NCBI RefSeq assembly: GCF_001194135.2 | Contig: NC_069004.1 | Coordinates: forward strand, 34,191,553-34,255,552 | Reading direction: 5' to 3' | Source of the DNA: Octopus bimaculoides | Taxonomy: Eukaryota | Length of the DNA stretch: 64,000 nucleotides | Shown: piece after piece, positions 13,309 to 24,798 of the stretch | Layout: each line of letters begins with the position of its first letter | Numbering within the stretch: position 1 is the first letter of the stretch | Translations under genes and position numbers: made by a program | The notes under the pieces: generated by a model | The model's database searches: none | Seen by the model: only the letters and a program-made list of their open reading frames with translations | What the model was told of the DNA's origin: nothing

Positions 13309-13520
13309 AAGGTGGCGAGATGGCAGAATCATTAGCACGCCGGGCGAAATGCTTTGCGATATTTCGTCTGTCGTTACGTGCTGAGTTCAAATTCCGCCGA
13401 GGTCGACTTTGCCTTTCATCCTTTCGAATTCGATAAATTAAGTACCAAGGAAACACTGGGGTCGATGTAATCGACTATCCCCCCTCGCAAAATTTCAGAC
13501 CTTGTGTCGATAGGGAAAAA
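13309..13520 (+). mobile_element. SINE family B, full length
   Basis: ggtggcgagatggcagaatcattagcacgccgggcg..ctggggtcgatgtaatcgac..aaaatttcagaccttgtg. Confidence 0.85.
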
Positions 13521-13698
13521 AATTCCATATATTAAACATATCTATAGTCTATGGAAAAAGGCATGTCCTCAGGTCCACAAAACCCCCAAGAACATCAGAA
13601 GCAAAATTTAAACTATATGTTTTTATGTTGTGCTTTTTGTGTATAATGTTTGCTACTTATGAAACCGCTGTCGATTACGAGTTGAATATGCGCTTACA

Positions 13699-13820
13699 AT
13701 GTCATCAGGTTTGCTTTTTAAGGACTATGTCATCAGGTTTGTTTTTTATGGACTATTACTAATGTTATCACGTTTGTTTTTTAGGGACTATTTTAAAGTA
13801 CTTTTTAAGGACTATTGCAA
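13699..13820 (+). repeat. Degenerate minisatellite, about 28-bp unit
   Basis: atgtcatcaggtttg(c/t)tttt..ggactat repeated about four times. Confidence 0.8.
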
Positions 13821-14034
13821 GATGTTTGAACGTACGTATATTTGTAGTGGAATAACTGCTAAGGCGTTCTATAAGAACAACCTGAAGTAGTTCATAAATC
13901 TAGAGTTACATCTAAAATATTAAGAGTATTTGATTTTTATAATCCGTGATCATAAAATCTAAACTCTTTAAATATATGCGAATAAACACAATTTTTCTTC
14001 TCAAAATTCATTGCGTATTTGTTCATATCTGGCA

Positions 14035-14260
14035 AAATGAATAGTCCATCATCACGACAGAGACCTAATCCTGCTGAGCATTTTCCGGGGTATATGTAAC
14101 TTGTACAGTTCTATGCATTCACAATCCTCAGCCTGTTCGTACCTTGACTTTGCTAAATATTCTATGGCTGATACTCTTATCCAAAGAGGAATATCATAAA
14201 ATAGTGAGGTGTTTCCTGTGTTCCTTCTTTCAATCGTCTGAACAATCGGAAACGTGAAAA
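14035..14260 (-). mobile_element. Penelope-like reverse transcriptase fragment (decayed)
   Basis: Minus-strand pieces RYEQAEDCECIELYKL and AGLGLCRDDGLFI resemble the PLE RT motifs GSYDGAEVCELVGLYIL and IGLYRDDGL. Stops and frameshifts are present. Confidence 0.6.
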
Positions 14261-14714
14261 ATCAGCTTCCCATCTGAAGATTCTTTAATGTCCAATAAAA
14301 TAATCACGCTTTACATAATATTCTCCGCTATTTTCCCACTTTGTGTCTCGGTGGCTCACATTCCAGTTCTTTCCTACTTTTATTGTCTTTCAAGCCACAC
14401 GTTTCATTTACTCGGCGCACATATATTTCTCATTGAAATCTCGATCAATGAACCCTAAGTTATGCACACACACACACACACACATACACACTAATCTGCG
14501 GAATGTAGGATTATATAGAAATACGTAAATAGGTTAATCCATACATAAAAAACAAACACACACATACGCATACATATACAAACGCGTCTATATAACAACG
14601 CCTACGCAAGTATTCACACACATGTGAGTTGGATACGTGCTGCTGCACTTCCACCCAAATCACAACTACACAGCTGAATTTCGGCAGTATTTTAAATGCC
14701 AAGGTTGTGTGTGA

Positions 14715-14754
<40 letters not shown>

Positions 14755-15269
14755 NNNNNNNNNNCACACACGCGTAACAACCTGCATGCCATATGTGGAT
14801 TTTATGTATGTGTGTGCAAGCGCGCGTCTTTCTCATTTTGCTACAGTATTATTTTCAACTATATCTATTTTGTTTTTACACGTTGTATGTACGTTTCACC
14901 ATATTTATGTACACACAAATATCTCTCGCATATAAATATGCATGTGGTGTACACACACACACACACACACACATTTTCCTTGCCACCCATCTCGGTCCAT
15001 TACATGAAATATCTAATGCTAAAAATCTTTCTGTAAAAAAATCTAGACCGTCGGTGAGAAGTCTCTCCCCTCGATTATCTCAGTGTTTTAAACTTACGTA
15101 AATATGGCAACGATCAATTTTAAGCTTGCTGTGAGATTTTCACCTCCATCTTCCACTCACGAAAGTTCTATCTGTTTTGTATTTTTAAAACATACTTCAA
15201 AAATTTATTTATTTATTATATATTGGCTTTTTCTCGCTCATGTTTCCCAATGTTCTACACCATTGCTGT

Positions 15270-15467
15270 TTTCACTCAACGCCAGGCAAAAATGCTTTGC
15301 CGTATTTCATTCGTCTATACGGTTTGCGTTTTAATTCTACCGAGGTTGACTTTGCGTTCCATCCTTCCGGATACGATAAAATAAGTACCAGTGGAGTACT
15401 GGGGTCGATGTAATCGTCTTAACTGCTCCACCGAAATTGCTGGCTTTGTGGAAAATTTGAAACCATT
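15270..15467 (+). mobile_element. SINE family B
   Basis: ccgaggttgactttgcgttccatcc..aagtaccagt..ctggggtcgatgtaatcg. Confidence 0.75.
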
Positions 15468-15469
15468 AT

Positions 15470-15727
15470 TATATTTATTATTATTATTGGTTTAACTCCG
15501 GTTCGGTCATACTCCTGGTAGGATTTTTGTCGGTAGTAGGTTACTACTTGTAACCTTAGATATCCACTAGCTTTCAATAGTCTTTCAAGTTCTTAGAACC
15601 CTTCTGAGAACCTTTTGTGTTCCTAAGAGGCAAACTCTTTGTAGAAGCTCTGCAGGACATTCTCTTCCAATGTCTTTCAACCATTTATCTAAATCTTTGC
15701 TTACAGTTCCCAATGTACCAGTTATTA
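15470..15727 (-). mobile_element. R4/Dong-like (restriction-like endonuclease) non-LTR retrotransposon 3' end
   Basis: VITGTLGTVSKDLDKWLKDIGRECPAELLQRVCLLGTQKVLRRVLRT* matches the C-terminal pattern of RLE-type elements. It is followed by a short 3' UTR and a (TAA)n tail. Confidence 0.8.
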
Positions 15728-16083
15728 CCTCCGCTTTAGCGAAGGCAGACGTATTGTTTTCAGACGTGTTAATTTGTTTGTTTGCTTGTCCGTGTACAAG
15801 ATATCTCAAGAACCGATGGACGGATTCGGATGAAATTTTCTGGGATGTTTGGCCTCGTGACTGGCACGAACTGATTAGATTTTAGGTTCGCTCCGGTACC
15901 GGACAAGGATTCTGGATTATTTTTCCTGTTTTTTACTTAATTTTTGAGAGCGGTCGGGTTCATTTTTTATATTCTCGTTTGTAGAATATTACATATATTC
16001 TCATTTTAAAAATCATCTCTGGCCAATGATTAAGAAGTCGTTGGTGTTGCCTTGGCGGAGGTTTGCGCTCTCTGAGTGCTCCT
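15722..16083 (+). mobile_element. Helentron-associated / DINE-1-like non-autonomous element
   Basis: 5' ttattacctccgc(tttagcgaa)ggcagacgt stem-loop; short gtttgtttg microsatellite; core gatatctcaagaaccgatggacggattcggatgaaatt; 3' ccttggcggaggtttgcgctctctgagtgc carrying the inverted copy of acctccgc. Confidence 0.75.
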
Positions 16084-16871
16084 GTTGTTGTTGTTATTAT
16101 TACATTTGGCTTTGACACGAGTTGCTCCCATGTCTCAGCCAGAGACAGGTATTGCATTTGAAGATAACAGTTTTTAAACTTTATCAGTCTTTCAATTTTT
16201 TCATTTATTGTGCTTCGAGGCAGATTTGACTGCTATTACTTACACTAGCAGTTACCACTTTGGAACGATAAGTAAAATGTCAGCTTGCACGTGACTGAGC
16301 GAGAATGTCCGAGAGTAAACGTGGAAGTGAAAGCTTAAAGGTATATAACATCATACACACACGCACGCTAATACATGTGTATTTATGTGTGTACATATGT
16401 AGATATTGGTATGTATGTGCATTTGTATACACCCCCACACACACGGTTTGTGTGCGTTCAGAAGCTCCCCTCCATATTTGTGCGTGTGTCTATTAATGAC
16501 CGGGATGATAGATGGCAATAACGATATCATGTATGGAGATAATGATAGCAAGCATGTAATATCAGATATCGGTTCCAGTCGAAATATTGGCAATCACCTG
16601 AGAATGTTTAGTTCCATCTCATTTTTCCAACATTGGTGCTTCCAACAGTTAATGGCATGGACAGATACTACTACTACTGCTTCCATATGCCGATATGTAT
16701 CGCCTAATGATGACAAAATCTATTCCTACATACATTTTATATATATATATATATGTGTGTGAGTGAGTGTGTGTGTAAAGGAGAGATAAGATACCAGTCA
16801 AAGGAAAGATATACACAGGAAAGAATATGGAAGGCGGTGAGTTTTGTTACGATTTGTCTTGAATTGGAGTG

Positions 16872-16903
<32 letters not shown>

Positions 16904-16963
16904 CTGCCTATGCACATGTATTCAATAGATCGATTGAGATATGCAGAGTTTGGATACACACGT

Positions 16964-16997
<34 letters not shown>

Positions 16998-17267
16998 ATC
17001 GTAATAAAATTGGTTCAACAATGCCGACTATATAGGGACAGTTTCGGTTGTGCAAATTGTATATGCATACATACATACACACACACACACAGGCACACAT
17101 ATAGCGAGAGAGCGTCACACACACACACACACACACACACTATAACATCGGCAGAGGCATACAGGCTATGAAGGTACAATTTCATAGTGCAGATTATATA
17201 TATATATTTCCGTGTGTGTGTGTGTATATATGTGTGCATATGTGTCTATATATATGTTTGTGTATGG

Positions 17268-17351
<84 letters not shown>

Positions 17352-17928
17352 TTATTAAATGATTATCTCGTATATAAACGGCGTTAAGCCATCTACGTCC
17401 ATCATTACAGAAACGGACCAATCAAAATGAAACGCAACTCTGTCCCAACTCTCGCCAGACACACGACTCAGTCCAGCACAAACGAAACAAGACACTCCCA
17501 CACAGCGCTACTCATCGCCTTACACAATTCCAAGACACTGCAGAGCAACTCACTTAATTCTAGCCGAATCTCTGTTATTAAAGTGAAGAATCGCTAGTAA
17601 TTTGCCGCGTTAATGCCTTGTAGTAAACCAGCGTTGGTGCCGTATCTGATTTCTTCTCTTTAAACATCTTTCTTCGTGTCGTTCAAGTATTTGTTACAGC
17701 GACTAAACTATCTGAATTATTACCGCAGCACGTTTGCCTACACAGAACATATGTAGGTGTTTGTCTGTGTCTATCTATCTATCTATCTATGCGTGGATTA
17801 AATTAATATGTGCATATAAATGTACACATGCACATATGTATTTGTATAAATCTGTGTATGTAAAGTGTAGTGTGTGTATATACATATATAAATGCTTGCA
17901 TGTGTATCTAAAGTGTATGTATATCAAG

Positions 17929-17963
<35 letters not shown>

Positions 17964-17995
17964 ATATAATTCTCTGTCTGTCTGTCTCTTATATA

Positions 17996-18745
17996 TCAGG
18001 CCATCCCATAAGTCCTGTCCGATTTTACCCTTTTAAAAACTGAATGAAATTTAATAGTATTTTTAGAATGTCTAATGGAATTAAAAATGATTTTAATGCA
18101 TTTGTGTACATTTAAACTAATTTAATATTATTTCACAGAATAATAAAATTAGAATTTCTTTGATTAAAACCCTTTCTAACGTGGAAGTATCGAAAGAGCA
18201 TTTGAGGCACATAATGCTTTACGAGTACAAAAATGGAAATTCTGCAGCCGAAGCTACTCGAAACATACACTCAGTTTATGGGAAAGAATGCTTGAATGAA
18301 AGAACTTGCAGAAGATGGTTCGCAAAAGTGGAGATTTCATCCTTGAAGATGAAGATCGAACAGGACGTCCAGTTGAGTTTGATGATAAGCTCCTTGAGGC
18401 ATGACTTGAAGAAAATCCTGCATTATCAGTTGAAGACTTGGCAGTAAAGCAACTGTTCATTGTCATCTTCAACAACTTGGAAAGGTTCATAAACTTGGAA
18501 AATGGGTGCCTCATGAATTGTCCGAAAGCAACCGCAAATCCCGAGTTGATATCTGCTCTTCTCTCCATTCTCATGAACTCATTTCACCCTTTTTGGATAG
18601 ACTTGTGACTGGTGACGAAAACTGGATCTTTTATTAAAATGTTAAACGTCGTAAACAGTGGCTTGGTAAAAGGGGAAAAGCTCAACCACAACCGGGAAGG
18701 GAACTTCATGGGGAAAATGTTATTCTCTCTATCTGCTGGGATTGC
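17996..18745 (+). mobile_element. mariner (DD34D) transposon fossil, 5' half
   Basis: TA followed by TIR-like tcaggccatcccataagtcctgtccgatttt. Transposase VSKEHLRHIMLYEYKNGNSAAEATRNI..CRRWFAK..EDEDRTGRP..GKWVPHELS..LVTGDENWIFY*..CWDCKG has stops and frameshifts and is 3' truncated. Confidence 0.92.
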
Positions 18746-18749
18746 AAAG

Positions 18750-18860
18750 GAGATGACCGATTGTTAAAACGGTTGAAAGGAAGGCAGGAAAAAAGAAACA
18801 CTTCATTATTTAATGATGATCCTCTTCGGATAAATCTAGGAACCAGGAAATATTTAGCGA
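18750..18860 (+). mobile_element. Penelope-like RT fragment, same family as 14035-14260
   Basis: gaaacacttcattatttaatgatgatcctcttcggataa..atatttagcgaa aligns with the reverse complement of about 14150-14250. It abuts the truncated mariner. Confidence 0.5.
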
Positions 18861-19952
18861 AAGCGAGTCCTGATGAAGCACGTTTATAATCAAAGGCGAT
18901 CCAGCAGTGACCACCTCATCGATTTTACTGCGACGCAGTTTCTCTAGAAATAAATTTATTATAACCTCATTCACCTGTTCCAGTAAGGCGTATAAATTAA
19001 GGGCTTCTTTTACAGGGGGGAGTCACTCACCGGAGATCCCTAACGGTGGTAGAGGGCATTGTTAAGGACCACAGTGGCGCCCCAAATACCTTGTATTTAC
19101 TTCGTATCCTTTACTGTTCAGGGGCCACCAAGCTTAACTTTGCATTCATCTTACTGTAGTTGATTCAGTGAAATACCAGTCATTCATTGAGGCTGATATA
19201 ACTGGATGTTTTATCCTGCACCAAAATTCCTGGTACTGTTTGATTATACAGTACAATACAGCCAGCCGTCACTCTCCCGCGAGTGACGGCTGCTAACTTA
19301 TTTTATGCTTTCGTAATTGTTTGGTGGGAGGGGGGATCTAGGTAGAGACGAAGAGACATGATATCCCCTGTCGACCCTTTTAAACTTCACTGAACTGAAC
19401 ACCTAGGGTTGACGGCTGCTGGGAAAGAATGAGGAGAGAGAGAGGGGGGAAGAGGAGGAGAGAACTGCACCGGCTGATACTCGTTTACAGACGAATAAAT
19501 TGAAACAATGTAAGATGAAGTGTTTGCTCAAGAACACTACACACTCTCCGATCCAGAAACCGAATATTCGGTCATGAGCTGAATGCCCGAATCCTAACAC
19601 TAGGACACCTTGTCTCTTAGAAATAGGAATTCATTGACTGCTGTGATAATGTTCTTAGCAATAAGTTCTGTGTTGTATCGTGTGTGTGTCTGTGTGTCTC
19701 TGTGTGGTTGTGGAGAGGAGGGGCAGTCATAATCTCTCTGGTGGCAGTGGTGGTCGTAATATATTGCAATGCAGAATTAATACAATGTTGAGTTAAAGCC
19801 GTGTTTACAGCGGCAGTTAATATTAGTTATGATGACATTTAATACTGCAGTTTATTAAAAGATTGATCACTGGGGATTACTATAGTCACCATCTTGGTTA
19901 AAATCTTAAGTTATTACTGTAGCCATTAAACCCAGCAGCAGCAGCTGTCGTA

Positions 19953-19989
<37 letters not shown>

Positions 19990-20100
19990 TGGTTCGTTGT
20001 TGTTGCTCATGCTAGTTAAAACCGTGGTTATAATGTGTTAAATGCTAGTAACAAATAGTAATACTAACAGAAGTGATGGAAGCCGTGTTTTTCGTGTTAC

Positions 20101-20450
20101 TCATGGCCGAATAGTTAAAATGTTCGCTTTGCACTCATGGAGTTCTGGTTTCGGTTCCGGGTGTAGATTCTTGGGAAAATTGATTAAAAAAAATTTTGCT
20201 ATAGCATGAGATTAACCTAATCACCATGTACGAAATCAGTCCTGATTGGAAATTGTGTCGAAGCCTGTCACTTTGGTTATGCTTTAAATTTGAAAGGCTT
20301 AGTTCTGTCAAACCCTGTCATACGCTATTCTTCATGAGAAATGAGTCAAGGCTACAGGAGTCTTAACCATTGACATGCTAACTAAACGTGTAGATTGCTC
20401 TGATGATTGAACAGTTAGAACACTCCTCGTCGAAACCGATGGAGGTCCAT
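20101..20450 (+). mobile_element. Diverged tRNA-SINE with a family-A-like tail
   Basis: atggccgaatagttaaaatgttcgc..ggtttcggttcc; tail gaacactcctcgtcgaaaccgatggag. Confidence 0.5.
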
Positions 20451-20944
20451 ATATTTATTTAGTCCTTATTGTTGTTCTTGCTCCACTTACTTCAATGGTC
20501 AGCACCAATCGCGCTTGTTTTTAACCGAAGACATTCTAGTGAGGATGATCCCTAGAGTCACAGTCTATCTAGGACAACATTAACCATAGGTCTTAATGGC
20601 AATAACACTACGCTTATCGTAGTTAATGCAGTGGTTATAAGGGTATCAATACAACGTTTATGATTGGAAGTTGTTGTTTAACCCAGGGACTGTTCTTCAG
20701 GGGCAGACATGTTCACCTACTCGCCTAACCAGCGCGGTGGTACCATTCGAAGGTTAAAACAATACGAAATGCATTGTGGTCAGCGAGGTATAACATCCGA
20801 TAATCTTGTCAACGTATTGATATTTAGAACAACGTACTTCCGTTTCTAAATTAAGAGATTTCGTGGTGTGAGTTGAGAAAAATTTAGCTGCTACTTCTAG
20901 CATTTAGAACGACTATTGAACGCATCGTAGATTGGCGGTCTAAT

Positions 20945-21329
20945 TATTGTTGGCACTCCGTCGCTTACGACGTCGAGGGTTCCAGTTGATCCGATCAACG
21001 GAACAGCCTGCTCGTGAAATTAACGTGCAAGTGGCTGAGCACTCCACAGACACGTGTACCCTTAACGTAGTTCACGGGGAGATTCAGCGTGACACAGTGC
21101 GACAAGGCTGACCCTTTGAATTACAGGCACAACAGAAACAGGAAGTAAGAGTGAGAGAAAGTCGTGGTGAAAGAGTACAGCAGGGTTCGCCACCATCCCC
21201 TGCCGGAGCCTCGTGGAGCTTTAGGTGTTTTCGCTCAATAAACACTCACAACGCCCAGTCTGGGAATCGAAACCGCGATCCTATGACCGCGAGTCCGCTG
21301 CCCTAACCAATGGGCCATTGTGCTTCCAC
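20945..21329 (-). mobile_element. tRNA-derived SINE, family A, full length
   Basis: Near-identical to 25-379, with a complete tail ..gtcgtaagcgacggagtgccaacaata. Confidence 0.9.
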
Positions 21330-22177
21330 GGCGGTCTAGTTACAAACACATTAACACACATAAAACGTATTAACAGCTGTTACGGTCCCCATTTAATGCA
21401 TTTTTATATGTGTTTATAACGACAGTTAAATAGGGATGCCATAATGGCTCTCAATAAACTGTTTTCTTTATATCCCAAACATTTATGTTACTTTAATAGC
21501 TTTTCTTAATTTGTAAAATTAATTAGATGACCATCATGATGATTGTGATAGTGCTGATGATGATGATGAAAGCAATTCCTTGTTGCATTATTAATTCTTA
21601 ATTTAGTATTTTAGTTCGGAGTTTAAAATACAACAGAGGTCTCCTTTCACATGTCTTCGCTGTCAGGACCGATACCATAAAGTCACTGATGATGATGATG
21701 ATGATGTAATCGATAATAGAAAAGATAGAAGTTGATGTAATTCATTGTAGTTTCTCAATACCAAATTTTCAGTGTCTTGTGTTTATGTTGTAGTTATACG
21801 TTTTACCATTATATTGTTATAGGTTCGTGGTGGAGGGGCGGCGTTGTGGTGTTTTTTCTTGTGACCCTCGACTCTTGGTGGAGTCTTACGTCTGCCGTTG
21901 TGAGATGCTACCTGTGTTGGGGGATATTAACGGCACAAATCCACCTCAAGGTACTGAATACGGCCGATGACTGAGAGAGAAAGAGAGAGGTGGGAAAGGT
22001 GAGAGAGTGACACACAGAAAAGAGGGTGGAGAATCGTTATCCAGCTGTTACTTTATTTATAGATTTCCCCCAAATGAAAGGCAATGCTGACCTCAACGAG
22101 ATTTGAAACCCTGAACGAATATCGAAAGCATTCTATCTGACATTCTAACGACTCGGCTTATCACCCCTTTACTATAG

Positions 22178-22211
<34 letters not shown>

Positions 22212-22216
22212 CTGTA

Positions 22217-23058
22217 CAGGATGCGATGGGTAAATTGTCGCAATGCTATATTTTCTATTTCGTGCATGTGCATTGTTTGGCTTTGGTTTTGTCGACTACA
22301 CAGTATAGTAGGGTCCATTGAGCACCGACTGTTAGAAAAACAGCACCATGATGCAATTCACTCTGCCAGAAATTTGGAAACGACAAGCTGTACTGTTTGA
22401 CATTTGCGCCGGAAGCTCAAGTACCCACATTTCACAGTGTGTTGGTGATCGTCCTGAGGACCACCAGTTAACATCTTGATGTTTGGAGTGATCACTAGTG
22501 ATGGCAACGTTGTGCTTCCATTCATCTTCCAAGACAGCCTCAGACACAACACAAAGGCTTACATCAAGTGCCTGGGAGGAGGTAATGTTGCCCTGGGTGA
22601 AGAGGGTGGCTGCTGGAAGATCCTGTGTCTGGCAACAGGACGCTGCACCATGCCATACATCAGGAAAACCGAGTCATTGCTGTCAGACAATTTTTGCGAC
22701 ATCACCCCAAACATCTGGCCACCTAACTCCCCAGACTGCAACCTCCTTCATTAATACATGTGAGGCACATTTGATCGAGAGACCAACAAAACTCCTTGTA
22801 ACACTAAAGATGAACAGAAGGCAAGGATTATGGCAGCATTCACCAACTTAAATAAGAAGACCGTCCAGAAGAGTCGCAGGAGATTTCGAAGTCGTCTGGG
22901 GTCCATGCTTGAAGCCAATGGCAATTTTATTGAATAAATTTCCTCTTTAGTATTTCAAGATATTTTAATGTAATTTTTGGTAAATATATCTATTAAAATG
23001 AGATGTCAGTGTTATTTTCATTTTTGTGTAATTTAGACAATATATTCACCAAACCCTG
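22217..23058 (+). mobile_element. Tc1/mariner-superfamily fossil, probably maT (DD37D), internally deleted
   Basis: MMFGVITSDG..PFIF..WQQDAAPCHTS..NIWPPNSPDCNLLH*..LEANGNFIE*. Imperfect TIRs caggatgcgatgggtaaattgtc versus the reverse complement cagggtttggtgaatatattgtc; TA at the left end. Confidence 0.85.
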
Positions 23059-23072
23059 TGTATATTTATGTA

Positions 23073-23655
23073 ACAAAATTTTACTACCAGTGGCCTAGCA
23101 TGTAAAAATAAGGTAAAAGCTTTTATTTTTTCTTCCCTTTGAAATGTTTTAACTTTGTGGTTTTCTTCTAGCGTGTAGAAATTGCCTATTATAGGTAAGT
23201 TCTCTTATATTTTATATTGAATATGTTGTCTATTGACTTGTTTTACATGCTAGGCCACTGGTAGTAAAATTTTGTATAGTTTTGCTACCCTTTTTATATA
23301 TACTCAAGTATTTGATATTAGCATTTCAAAGTTCGTTTCGGCATTTTTCATTTTCTGCCGACTGAAACTGCGTCTGCGCAGTGGAGTTTGAAAAAATGAT
23401 AACATATATCTGCAAAGACATGTGCGTTTTGCCTTTGACGGCTGGTTACTGAAGAGAATTTGCCAAGTAATTTTTTAAATTTTACTAAAAAAATTCGAAA
23501 CCTGTAGGTCTAACCGTTAAAAATAAGGTAAAAGTTTTTATTTTTTCTTCCCTTTGAAATGTTTTAACTTTGTGGTTTTCGGTCGTTTTTTGAGTGCCTT
23601 CTAGCGTGTAGAAATTGCCTGTTATAGGTAATTTCTCTTCTATTTTATATTGAGT
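23073..23655 (+). mobile_element. Hammerhead-bearing non-autonomous retroelement (PLE pseudo-LTR or retrozyme-like remnant)
   Basis: Direct repeat 23103-23220 versus 23518-23655 (offset 415 nt, about 21-nt deletion in the first copy). 35-bp inverted repeat 23073-23107 / 23241-23275. The hammerhead lies at the repeat junction. Confidence 0.6.
23444..23515 (+). ncRNA. Type I hammerhead ribozyme with canonical core
   Basis: ggtta-CTGAAGA-gaattt..(agtaa..ttact)..aaattc-GAAA-cctgtagg-TC-taacc. Helix I ggtta/taacc, helix II gaattt/aaattc, near-palindromic helix III ACCTgtAGGT, cleavage triplet GUC. Confidence 0.85.
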
Positions 23656-23656
23656 G

Positions 23657-23693
<37 letters not shown>

Positions 23694-23758
23694 TTGAACG
23701 CAAATGAACTTCAGAAAATATATAAATGTTATATTATCACTACATATCTATCTATATA

Positions 23759-23830
23759 CGAGGGTGAGTCAAAAAGTAATGCCATTTCCTTTAGGACAGC
23801 TGTAATTACCAACACAGGAACATGTATCAT
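23759..23830 (+). mobile_element. mariner-type terminal fragment
   Basis: TA followed by cgagggtgagtcaaaaagtaatgcc, a typical mariner TIR start; then interrupted by a SINE. Confidence 0.55.
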
Positions 23831-23834
23831 ACAT

Positions 23835-24070
23835 GTTTTGTCGAATTGCTAAGTTATGAGGATGTAAACACACCGACATCGGTTGCGAAACGGTGGTCTC
23901 ATTCACAAACACACACACGATGGGCTTCTTTCAGTTTCCGTCCACCAAATCCACTCACAAGGCTTAGGTCGACCCGTGTTCGTAATAGAAGACACACTAC
24001 CAAGGTGCCACGCAGTGAAACTAGACCCGGGACCATGTTATTGGGAATTAAACTTCTTACCCCGCTGCCA
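23835..24070 (-). mobile_element. SINE family C
   Basis: gggcttctttcagtttccgtccaccaaatccactcacaaggc..ccaaggtgccacgcagtg. Confidence 0.8.
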
Positions 24071-24560
24071 TTTCTGCTATGTATTCTATATAATACATAG
24101 TTTGTTTTATAGAATAAAAACATGGTATACGCTATATATAATACATTCTCTGTATTTCGTATCGAGTATGGAATTCTCGGAAAAGTAAAACAGTAAAGAA
24201 GAATGCAACTTAGAAGTAAATATAACATCGCTGTTTTCTCTTTTAATCGGCTGACATAATTATTGAAGCGAGAACGTCGGGCAATTTTTGATTGTGACTT
24301 GTTGTTGATGTGGAGAGGTTAGAAGTGAAATTAGTTGTGAGGTCATAAGGTCACCTAAGAAGAAGAATTCATTTTTGGTAATATTTAATTAGAGAAAGGA
24401 AGGTGGAATATGTAAATATTGCAGCCAATTGGGAATTGGCGAGGTCAATGTTGAGGGTGAAGTTACAACTTCAATCAATGAAAATGCTTCCAATGGGGTG
24501 GTGGTGGTGGTGGTGAAAGTCGTCTAGTGGTGAAGGTTGTCTGGTGGTGATGGTCGTCGA

Positions 24561-24715
24561 TGTGTTTAAGAAACTCGCTTTAATGCCGTGTATTTTCGGG
24601 TTCGGTCCTCCTGTGCGGCACCTACTTTGAGAAAGTGTCTTCTGTAGCCCAGGGTCGAGCAATTCCTTGTTAGCGAATTTGGTGGGCAGAAACTGAACTG
24701 TGTGGAAGCCCATTG

Positions 24716-24716
<1 letters not shown>
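24561..24716 (+). mobile_element. SINE family C head, diverged
   Basis: gggttcggtcc..gtgtcttctgtagccc..gcagaaactg..gaagccc. Confidence 0.6.

Positions 24717-24798
<82 letters not shown>

Noticed and set aside
18870-18900. CTGATGA as a hammerhead core
   Set aside because: No downstream GAAA or helix III and no helix I pairing.
19075-19084. TGGCGCCCAA, resembling a tRNA-Lys primer binding site
   Set aside because: Only 10 nt match, with no recognisable LTR pair or gag/pol nearby.
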